Of a DNA stretch of 64,000 nucleotides, positions 41,323 through 50,930 are shown one piece after another. A model generated the notes under the pieces. It was not told where the DNA came from. It saw only the letters and a list, made by a program, of their open reading frames with translations, and did no database searches. Both the position numbers and the translations under genes were made by a program. Every line of letters begins with the position of its first letter. Position 1 is the stretch's first letter. Source of the DNA: Vicugna vicugna (taxonomy: Eukaryota); contig MU057640.1 of assembly GCA_013265495.1 (NCBI GenBank), forward strand, positions 1,621,303 through 1,685,302, read 5' to 3'.

Positions 41323-44082
41323 TAATTGCCTGCTATCCAAAACTCAGGGTATCAGAACACCAAACCAGGAAATGTTACTACAAATGGCCTCACTGCACTG
41401 TTAAGTTCCTTGAGGCCAAGAACACACTATTAATCACCATTGGAATCACAGATCTTAGCAGCATGCCTCCCAGGTAGAGGCATTCAATAAATGCTGTTTG
41501 ACTTACCACAAATTTCAAAAGGTTAGGAATACAGTGATATTATGGAGGACAATTTTTTTTCTGAATTTAAGAACTTCTATGATTTGAGTGAAAAGAAAGA
41601 AAGAAGCACTGTGTATCTGAGTGCTAGCTCTACATCATAGGGATGAGTCTATTTGTCTTCCTTAGAGAAATTCCCATTTGATCAGTGAACCAAAAGGCTC
41701 AAATCTGCAATGTCACCTGAAAATCTTCAGGCATGCTTCACATGTGCACTGATGTGGACCAAGAGAGATGATAGCACAACACTGAGCCTGAAGGAAGCAC
41801 ATAATCGTGCTATCATTAATTACCATGTACTTTCCCCTAAATCAGAAAGATGCAGAGAATCTGTACTCATACTGTTCTGCCTCTCCTCCTGCTCCTGTTT
41901 CATAGTTCAAAGCAATAGAAAACAGCCACTTACTGAAAAACTCAAACTGCAACCATAAGACAGAACATACACATATTCCAACTCAGAGTCAACCAAGATC
42001 TTCCAAAGTCTTTACAAAACCACTAATCTCAAGCAATCTTCAATCTGACTTCAATAAAGTTACTAGAAGGTGTTTTTTAAAAGTTGCTGAAAAAAAAATC
42101 AAGGGAGTTGGGGGGGTACACAAAAATTACACACCCAATTCAATGCAAAAGTAAAATAAATACAAAAGTGAGGAAATAATAGTGAAAGGATAGAGTTAAA
42201 AAGAATCTTAATATAGAATTTCAGTGAGCTGCTTTGCAATTATCACCAAGACTTCAAGTCAACCTTGCCACAGAATCCTATGACGAAGTCATAACTAACA
42301 CTGCCTGACACTTCAGATCTAAAAAGTTCACTGCACCAGAACTGCAAATTCAAACTCAAGGAGCAGTACCAGGAACTACAGAGAAGCTAACAGCAACACC
42401 TACTGACTGTCTTGAGCCACTTGTCAAACTTGTTCTTTCAGTCAACTAGAGAAATCTAATGATACAGTCAACTTCAAGAGTCCTTTACTTAGTATAATGA
42501 GATAAAAGTTGTCAGCCACATAAAACCATTCTTCCTTCAAAATCTCTTCTTTTGCCCCTAACCATTTATGTGCAGATCATCACTAAAATCATTTTAAATA
42601 CACTGTTAATTGCTAATGCCTTAGTATAATTTATTCCATGGGAAAAATATTTTAATATTAATATCCTTGTGAATAACTGGCATGTCATCTAATAGTCGGA
42701 CACATCAGTGACTATAAACTGTTTTATGAAAACCTTTTATTTGAGACTGCTGCTGTTACCACTGTCCTATATTATTTCCATCAGCTTTTTTTTTTTCTTT
42801 CCTGGTAAAGGTGGTTTAATTGTACCTTTCAAAAATGAAAAAAGGGGAAAGCGAAAGTCATTAAATCAGGATTATACAGAAAATTAACACTGTTACTGAA
42901 CTGGATGCAGAGAATGATTCTGTAGGATTTAATCATGTACTTTTCCAAAAGATTAGGTCAGAGAATCTTTGCCTTGGATGAATATTCCATATGAGAAAAC
43001 AAGGGAAAGTTGACACTTAACTCCCACAGAGTACCAGCATAAAAACAATGGCTTTAAGAGTCTGAGTCAGAGTTTCAACATGAAAGGTTTGCTTTATAGA
43101 GGAAACGCCAACCCCAGTTCATCCAGATAGACCTGGAACCTGATGAAAGTCGACACCTTTACTCTGAAATTTGCATCGCATCACTGGCTCCCAGTTTAGA
43201 AATACAATCGTTTAGCAGATAGTGAGAATTTCAGTGAATGCTGCCTCTACAATACCCGTCATGAAAAATAAAATCTGTAAGGTAAATGCAGCCTAGGAGC
43301 CATCAGTCCCCAAATGCTTCTCTTCAAAACGAATACCAACAACTCAATGAAACATCTTCCTTGAAAGTGAGCCATTTGCCTTGTTTCTCTGTTTTCCAAA
43401 CGGTGAACCCGATGAAATTTTCAACCTGCCCAACACGATTACTTGTCCACCTAGAAATGCCGTGGCGCGCGATAGGGAGCCTGGCAAATTTCCTTTAAGG
43501 TCAAGAGAAGTTGGAAACGGGGCGAAGGAGAAAAAGTTCTTTTTTGCAGTACCTTCACGCTTCCCCAGCCCTCTCGTGGTTTACTCGCTCCAAGGAAAGC
43601 TGGCTAGAGCATCCCCGGATTTCACTCTCCACCAGACCCCCGGGAGAGAAATTAACCACCCGCGGGCACCGAGCTGCTCTTCCTCCTTTCTCACGAGTAA
43701 ACCTCTCGGCCTGTCCCTCCTGCACAGCCTGCAAAGCGCTCACCCAGGTGACTGAAGGTGGAGACGAGCAGCGGGGTGGTCGCAGCCACCTCGACGGGGG
43801 CGCGGGTCTCCCGGCCTCTAGCACAGGCGCCTGGCGGAGAGTTGTGCAGATTCGGATTCCACGGTGCGCGCGCGCGAGCGCCGGGCGCGGTGCAGCCCGG
43901 ACTCGCCCCCGCCGGGCTGCGCTATAAGCACGCCACCAAATCGGAAATAAAAACTTTGACCGGCCTCCTGGTGTCTTGCTCCGGATTCCGGACCCGCGTC
44001 CCAGCCAACATTGCGGTGGGGGCTGTCAACAGTGCTGCACCCCCGCTCCCCTGCCCGGACCCGGGGCGCGGGAGCAACTTAC

Positions 44083-44142
44083 CTCTCGGCCCGGCCTCCC
44101 GGTGCCGCCGCGCGTCCGGGGCGCGTCCGCCGCGCGCTCTCC
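44083..44142 (-). other. Putative 60-nt non-coding second exon (5' UTR)
   Basis: Strong acceptor tttctctttctccccag| and consensus donor gag|gtaagt on the minus strand; no ATG. Confidence 0.7.
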
Positions 44143-44750
44143 CTGGGGAGAAAGAGAAATCATGCAGACGGTCGGCGCGCGCTCACTCACCGCCTCCTCT
44201 GCAGAGAACGGCTGGCGGCTAGGCCGGGGCGGGCGCCGAGCGGAGGGGGGCTCGGGGAGGCGGGGGCGGAATCAGCTCAACTCCCGAGCCTGCCTCCGAG
44301 GGGCACCCGGAATGCAAGCAGGAGAGCAGCCGGCGGGGGGCGGAGGTGCCCGGCTTCCCGGGCATCAACTATTGTCCAGGCGCTCAGGTCCCCGCTTGAG
44401 ACGCCTCCGAGGCTCAGCGCCCCCCATCCGGCCCGTGTGCCAAATAGCTGAGGGGGCGGCCGAAGCTGGAAGCGAGTGCGGGTGGCTGGGGTCCGGGGTC
44501 CGAAGTCCGAGGTGGGCGCGGGGGAAAAGGGAGGTGCGTGCCCAGTGGGGGAGGGGACAGGTAACTGCAGAGGGGGGCGGGAAGGCCCCGGAGGATGGGC
44601 GGGGGGAGGAAATGGGGAGGGAGCCCCGGAGGCAGGAGAGGATGGAGTGGCTGCGGGGGTTGGGGAGGAGGTCTCAGAAGCCCTGACCTGGCCCTCCCCG
44701 GGGACCCACCTCCCGGGGACTCAGGGCTGCTCGGACTTTCGCTCACTCAC

Positions 44751-44900
44751 ACAGTGAACTCGCTCACAAAGTTGCCGGCGGTGGCGGCGCCGCACTCGCC
44801 TTTCTCCTCCCCTCCCCACCTCCCCTCCCTATTCCTTCCCCTCCTTGACTCCCTTCCTCCCTCCCCAAGTCTCGGGTGAGATCACCGTGGCGAGGCTTAA
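44751..44900 (-). other. Putative non-coding first exon (TSS approximate)
   Basis: Minus-strand donor ...ttcactgt|gtgagtgag (plus strand actcac 44745-44750), downstream of the TCTCGCGAGA motif; no ATG on the minus strand in this interval. Confidence 0.6.
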
Positions 44901-44913
44901 CGCTGCGCTCAAA

Positions 44914-44923
44914 TCTCGCGAGA
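44914..44923. promoter_or_regulatory. TCTCGCGAGA palindrome (CGCG element; BANP/ZBTB33-associated motif)
   Basis: Exact 10-bp palindrome at the upstream edge of the putative first exon; a known CpG-island promoter motif. Confidence 0.85.
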
Positions 44924-45850
44924 GAAGCGACAGCTCAGCCCAGACGGCGGGGGAAGTGAAAGAGTTGGAGGAAGGTGGGGGACCGCGGAACTCCTAGTTG
45001 CTATGACGACGGCAAAGCCCTGGATTCCTGTCTCCTGCGGAGAGCAGAGGCAGCAAACGTGGGTGCAAGTTCCCAACCTGTCCCCTCCTTTGCTCGACAC
45101 GCTAATGGTGGGGAAAGCAAGGGATAGAAGCGGCAAAAGATTTTTAAACCAATTTGAGAGGGCATCTGGAGAAGACCAGCGTCATGGTATCTGGCTAAAT
45201 TTGGAAAATAAGGTTAATTATTTTTTAGAGATTCTGCGACAGAGCTCTGTCATAGAAGCCAGCGCATATCTGAACCCCCGATTTCCTACCATATAGTCAA
45301 CTTTTCATGTCTAATATCTTCCCCCAACCACCACCCACTCTGTATGCTCCCTCTCTACTCCCCGGCCAGCCCCACCCCCACCCCACCTCCCTACTCACCA
45401 GACGGGCGCCTTGAGGATTTGCCTTATCCATCTTTGTATCCTCGGAGCCTCCACATGCTTGGTACATAGTAGGTATTTACTTAATGTCTACTGGGAAAAT
45501 GAATGAAACAGACTGTACGTGTCCTCAGTACTTTCCTTTCACCCCACCTTGGAAAGTACTTAGGCTTAGAATATAAATTTCTGCCCACAGTTATGTTTTT
45601 GGCTCTATTCAACTATCCTTCCATTTCTGTTCACACAGAATGTATCTGTTTTTCAGTAGTTATAATCCCTCCTTTCTTTTCCTCCATCTTTATCTCGTGA
45701 AAATCCTACTCACCATGGCGGGTGGGGCGGGGGAGCAGGCAATCATTAAACTTCTTCAGATGCCTTCATACCTACTTACAGTTATTTTGGTGGGGGTGTG
45801 AGTGTATTTAGTTTGGGACTTTGGTTTGAGTTAGCATATTTATTAAATAA

Positions 45851-45910
45851 CAAGTTTATTAGGGTTAAACTTATAATCAAGTTTATTAGGGTTAAACTAA
45901 TAATCAAGTT
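45851..45910 (+). repeat. 27-bp tandem duplication (2.2 copies)
   Basis: caagtttattagggttaaacttataat caagtttattagggttaaactaataat caagtt. Confidence 0.95.
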
Positions 45911-46199
45911 AAGGGTGATATGAAATTTTCTCATTCCCCTATTTCTCTTATTTGTAAACACTTTTATTTGGGGATTTTATATACTCACTGCCAAAATAAA
46001 ATGAATACTGTTAATAGACGCTAAGCTTACAATTTCAAAATAGATAAGTAAAATAAGATTCCATGGTATGTGAATTATATCTCAATTAAAAAAAGATTCC
46101 ATTCCTATTAACACAAATATGGGAAAACCATTACTTAAATAAATAGGTAACATGCAAGCTTAAATGCTATGTTGGTGAAAGCTTTTATGTTAGAAACCT

Positions 46200-46375
46200 A
46201 GTGATACAGTGATAAAAAACACTGGACAAAGTCAGGAAACTAAGGTTTGAGTTCCTCTGTGTCGCTGCTAATTGAGTCTCCCTGAAAAGTTATTTAATCT
46301 TTCTGATTCTTCATCTGTAAAATGAGAGGTAGCCCACACATTAGGTCAATACAGCTTTAAAATTATGTGGCTCTT
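46200..46375 (+). mobile_element. MIR SINE
   Basis: aagtcaggaaactaaggtttgagttcc..aagttatttaatctttctga..ttcatctgtaaaatgag. Confidence 0.7.
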
Positions 46376-48039
46376 AGACCTATAAAAAATTTCAATAAAT
46401 AACAGATTTTCCTTTTATATCAAATAGAGTTTTTCATCTTGTAGTAGGTCAGTTTCACAGAGTTTAGCTACATGTTGACAGTTGCTTTTAAAGTTCTCTT
46501 GTCTCAACTATAAAAACAACAAAAACATTGACCATGTTACAATAATTTCAAAGGGAATCCATTGTTCTTTCTTTGCTTTTACACAAACTCAACACAGATT
46601 TCTTGTTATTTAATAAATATGCTAACTCAAACCAAAGACCCAAACTAAATACACTCACACCCCCACCAAAATAACTATAAGAAGGAAAGAGGGAGGGAAA
46701 GAAGGGAAGAAAGAAGGACCCAAGGAAGGAAGAAGGGTAGGCCTTAAAGTCATAGATCAGTATTTTTAATATCAACGTTTTAGAAAGAAATACAATGGAG
46801 CAGCACCATCAATCCTGTTGCTGTTTTAAGGAACTATTTTTCATAGCGTAGCACGCTATTGTAAATCAGTTGTTGTTCACCTGACCTGTCTCAACTTTTA
46901 ACATAGTTTTGCCCTTAAAGTGTGGCTGCCAATCTGTATTCACCAGCCCAGCACAATTTCCAGGGCACCTGTTTTATGTCTCCCAGGTAGCAATTGATAA
47001 ATTTGAAATAACTGACCCAAGTGCTAGCCAAATCTATTAAGTTTTTTCAATGTTTTTTATGAGGCTCAAGAGATGAGCAGTGGCCTCAAATTACAAAGAT
47101 AATTTCCCTAACCTTCAGGCCTAGTAGAGTAGGAGAGACTGTCCTAGGAACATAAAACTGCTCTGTCAAGATCCTGAGATGCTCTTTATCCCTCCCTGAT
47201 GGCAGAACTTTGGCCAGTGTTTCTGAAGGAAATAGAAGACAAAATTCACCAAAGCTGAAGTTCAAACTGCATGGCTTTCTGGGTCAGGCACTCTGTCTGC
47301 ATCCTCCCTGACCTTTCTCGGGTTTCAAGATAGCAGACAAGGAAAGCAGAAGGGGGAATAGAGAGTTTGTCAATCACAGATAAAAATCTCAAAACCACTT
47401 CTTCCCACTCCCTCTATTGGCTTTCTATCCACCTCTACCCAACCCCCTCCCCTACTTACTCAAGGGCTGTGTAAGCCGTCCCCACTATGAATAGAACCCC
47501 CTCCTTATTCACTTCTGAGTTTGTTAGTGCTGTCAGGATTTGGTTCCCTCTGGTTATTCACTTCTGCTCAACAGCACACCCTCACATATCTAATATGGAA
47601 TGAACTTTGGCACAAAGACCTGCCAAGCAAGGAAAATATATATTTTTTTCTAAATATTACCACCATCGATTTACATGTGCATGTTTTACAGTTAAAATCT
47701 GTTTATCCAGCCTATTATCATCAGTTCAGGACTTCCTGTTACTGGCTATACATCTGCAGGCCATTACTAACTAAATTTCAGAGAAAAAACTCAGCTATAA
47801 AGAAAGGCCAAAGTGCCCCTGCCAATCACCCAAGATTAAATTATATCCAATGCTGTTTAAGTTTTAGTTGTTTATTGTTTTAGCCCTATGTGATATAACT
47901 CTATTTACCTGAATACTAGATTGCTTAGAACACCTCATTCTCCCATCTACAGCATAATATTTATTACATGTTTAAAACATCAACTACCTTATAATCCATG
48001 AACATTCCTCAGCGAAGCTACTATGCTTCCTTGTCCATT

Positions 48040-50400
48040 CTCTCTCCCAAAGGACTGTTGCACACCTTCTCCTCCTACAGCAAACCTCCTGCTTATTACT
48101 GACAGCTAAAGGCCATGCTTCTTTCATTGGCAAAATACAAGTGATCAGAAGAGAACTTAGCACACACTCCATCCCTACCACTCTGTCTACCTACCCACCT
48201 GCATCTGTCTGCATGGCCTCTTCCATCCTCCTGGCACTTATGATAAACTCTTGGTCCTCTTAGCCAAGGTTACCCTCGCTGCCTGTGTACCAATCCCATC
48301 CGCTCTGACTTGGGAGACTGATTCAGCAATTGTCCTCTCTCACGCACGCATGTCAGGAAAATTTCCCTCTCTACAGAATCATTTCTGAGTGCTTACAAGC
48401 CTGCTGTAATATCTGCCATGGTAAAAAATAAAACATTTCCTAGATTCCATAGCTCCCTCTACTTCACTTGACCACTGGATTCATCAAAAGATTTTTCCAC
48501 ACTTGCTATCTTCAGTTCCTCTCCTCCCATTCTCCTGAATCTTCTCTGAGTGGCCTTTCATCCTCACCACTCCAAGGGAAACAGGTCTTCTCAGAGTCCC
48601 TAGCAACGACTGCACTGCTAAATCCAGCAGTCAGTTCCCATCCTCACCTCACCTGACCTCTAAAGCATCAGCGGAAGAAGCTGATCACACTTATCCTTGA
48701 AAAAAGGTTCTTCACATGGCTTCTGGGTTAAGAATTTGTCTTGGTTCTTCTCCTCCCTTTCTGGCTCTGTCAGTATCGAATCCCTAAACATAGACGTCCC
48801 CAGAACTCAGTCCTTGGACACCTTCTCTCTGTGGTCCCTTATGATTCCATGACAGTCTCACCAGTCTGATAGCTAAATGTCATCCATTTACTGACTACTC
48901 TCAAGTTTACATCTCCAGGCCAGGTGCCTCTGCAGACTCCAGACTTCCACATCCACCTCCTACGCAACTTCTCCAACTGTTTGTGTAGTAGGTATCTCAA
49001 AAATCACATGTCTAAAACTGGAAAGCGCCAATGTTCCTCCCCAAACCGGTTCCCTCCTGCAGTTTTTCCTACCTCAGTTAAGGGTACCTTCCAGAGATTC
49101 AGAGGTTCTTATTCAGAGGGTAAGTCTTAGAGTCATCCTTGACCTTCTAGGTCTCTTGTATGACACATCAGACCCACAGTGAATTCTGTAGGCTCTTCCC
49201 TCCAAATATGTGCAGAGTGCAACCACTTTCCACCCACTGCAACTCTCCCTCTCTGATTCAAGCCATTTCTCTCTGGGTTTCTTACAGGAGTCTCCCTTTC
49301 TGGTCTCCCTATTCCTGGCCTTTCCCTCAATATTTTATTCAACACATAGGATCTGAGTGTGGAGCATGAGCAACTCAGATCAGATCACATCTCTGCTCAA
49401 AAGCCTCCCAGGCCTTCTCATCTCCCTCAGAGAAAAAGCCAGAGTTCCAGTTCTGGCCTGGAGGGCTGTTCATTCTCTGACTCCTTTCTAGACCTCAGGC
49501 TTCACCACCTTCTAATCACCCTCCCTCTCTCCATTCCAGTCACACCCACCCTTCTCTGTTCTTTGCATTCACCAGGCACTCTCCCACCTCCAGGCCTTGC
49601 CTTTGCTGTTCCCTCTGCCTGGAAAACTGTTTCCCCGAATGTTTGCATGACTCACTCTCTGAGCTCCTTTAGGTGTCTGTTCAAAGGTAACAGTGTTGTT
49701 CAGGTGCCTTCTTGCTCTTGGATGCTGTCTCTTCTCCTGGGATATCTTGCTAGGGGGTGGACCCCCCCCCCACGGGCTGTGTTTACCAGGCTCCCTTGCC
49801 TTGGGCCTCCAGCCGGTTGTGTTCAGCCATGGAGAAGCATGAGATGTGAACAGATGGAAGGGGCAGACTTTTCTCTTTCTCTCTGTCCACCTCTGGCAGT
49901 GTCTTAGTGGCAGATACATCTCCTCTTTGGCCCCAGGTTGCACTGGCTGAGAACCATCCCCAGGCTCTGGTATCATCTTTATCCTAAGGGTGACAGCAGC
50001 TTTCTAGTGTTAAGAATCTCTGGGTTGCCTCATCATCCTGATTAGCTTCACAGCCCTCTCATCACCTATGTCACAGTTCCCCAGTGTTAAATGCCTTCTA
50101 TTTGAATTACCAAGACTGGTTTCTCTTCTCCTAACTGGACCTTGATGGTTACAGTCACCCTTTATGAAACAGCAACCACCCCAGTCTCGTACTCCCCAGG
50201 CTCCTCACTCAGCGTTATTCTTCTCTCAAGTCCTCATCACTCCCTGACACAGTGTTTAATTGTTGGCTGGTTTACAGTCTGTCTCTCGTGTAGAATGTAA
50301 TGCTCTGTTACTGCTGCATTTTCAGCACCTAGAACAGCGCCCAGAACAGCGCCCACCACATAGTAGGCACACTATGCTTGCTTGTTAAATGAGCAAATAG
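48040..50400 (+). mobile_element. Long L2 remnant (ORF2 3' part to 3' end), split by an LTR
   Basis: Pyrimidine-rich L2 motifs: gtccccagaactcagtccttgg, cttagagtcatccttgac, gcctttgctgttccctctgcctggaa, cacatagtaggcac..gttaaatga. Confidence 0.85.
49692..50153. mobile_element. ERVL-type solo LTR (LTR33/LTR16-like) inserted in L2
   Basis: Interrupts L2 colinearity; ends ctggaccttgatggttaca; 5-bp flanks gtaac/gtcac. Confidence 0.6.
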
Positions 50401-50436
50401 TGCTGTTTTAAAGACAAAGTCACAGGGCTAGCAGAG

Positions 50437-50930
50437 TATGGTAGGGACTAGTTCTCCATGTCCTAATGCCTGCAATCTGTGAATATGTTATTTTATGTAG
50501 CAAAGGGACTTCACAGATGTGATTAAATCAAAGATCTTGAGATGGGAGGATTATCTTGAATTATCCAAGTGTGAAAATATAATCACAAGGCTCTCATAAG
50601 AAGGAGGTGGAAGAGTCAGGGTCATAGGAGCAGCACTGACCATGGAAACAGTCAGAGAGATATTTGAAGATGCGGCACTGCTTTGACATTGGAAGAAGGA
50701 GCCATGAGCCAAGGAGTACAGGCAGTTTCCAGAAGCAAGAGAAGGCAAGGGAAATGGAATCCCCTGCTAGAGTCTTCAGAAGGATGACAGCCTGGGTGAG
50801 ATCTTGATTTTAGCCCAGTGAAACCCATTTTGGACTTCAAATGTCTAGAACAGCAAGATAATATATTTGGGCTATTTTAAGCCACTAAATTTGTAGTAAT
50901 TTGGTACAGAAGTAATAGGAAACTAATACA
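50437..50930 (+). mobile_element. MaLR solo LTR (MLT1C/D-like)
   Basis: aaagggacttcacagatgtgattaa, gagatgggaggattatc, taagccactaaatttgtagtaatttg..aggaaactaataca; 5-bp flanks cagag/aagag. Confidence 0.9.

Larger units (their letters stand above)
1..44082 (-). other. Very large intron (or intronic region) of the minus-strand gene, extending past the window start
   Basis: Follows the donor at 44082; no convincing coding exon; A-rich plus strand; L1s mostly antisense to the inferred gene. Confidence 0.6.
43450..45100. promoter_or_regulatory. CpG island / promoter of a minus-strand gene
   Basis: Abrupt rise in GC and CpG density (e.g. ggtgcgcgcgcgcgagcgccgggcgcgg) against an AT-rich, CpG-poor background; GC-box-like runs; minus-strand splice signals inside it. 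Confidence 0.95.
45780..46676. repeat. 75-bp inverted repeat (45780-45854 / 46602-46676), 74/75 identical, 747-bp spacer
   Basis: Reverse complement of the left arm matches the right arm except aaagTccc vs aaagAccc. Confidence 0.97.

Noticed and set aside
43381..44879. Overlapping long ORFs in the CpG island (e.g. 43976-44686, 236 aa)
   Set aside because: Gly/Arg/Pro/Ala-rich, open in several frames and both strands; expected from stop-codon scarcity in GC-rich DNA; no recognisable domain.
45851..45910. 27-bp repeat read as CRISPR-like or interstitial telomere
   Set aside because: No spacers, eukaryotic context, and only one TTAGGG per unit.
45771..46685. Inverted repeat read as a MITE with long TIRs
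   Set aside because: No TSD, ragged outer ends, and an ancient MIR in the interior; not fully excluded without a genome-wide search.
49359..49976. 182-aa and 135-aa ORFs
   Set aside because: Span an L2/LTR junction; repeat-derived.
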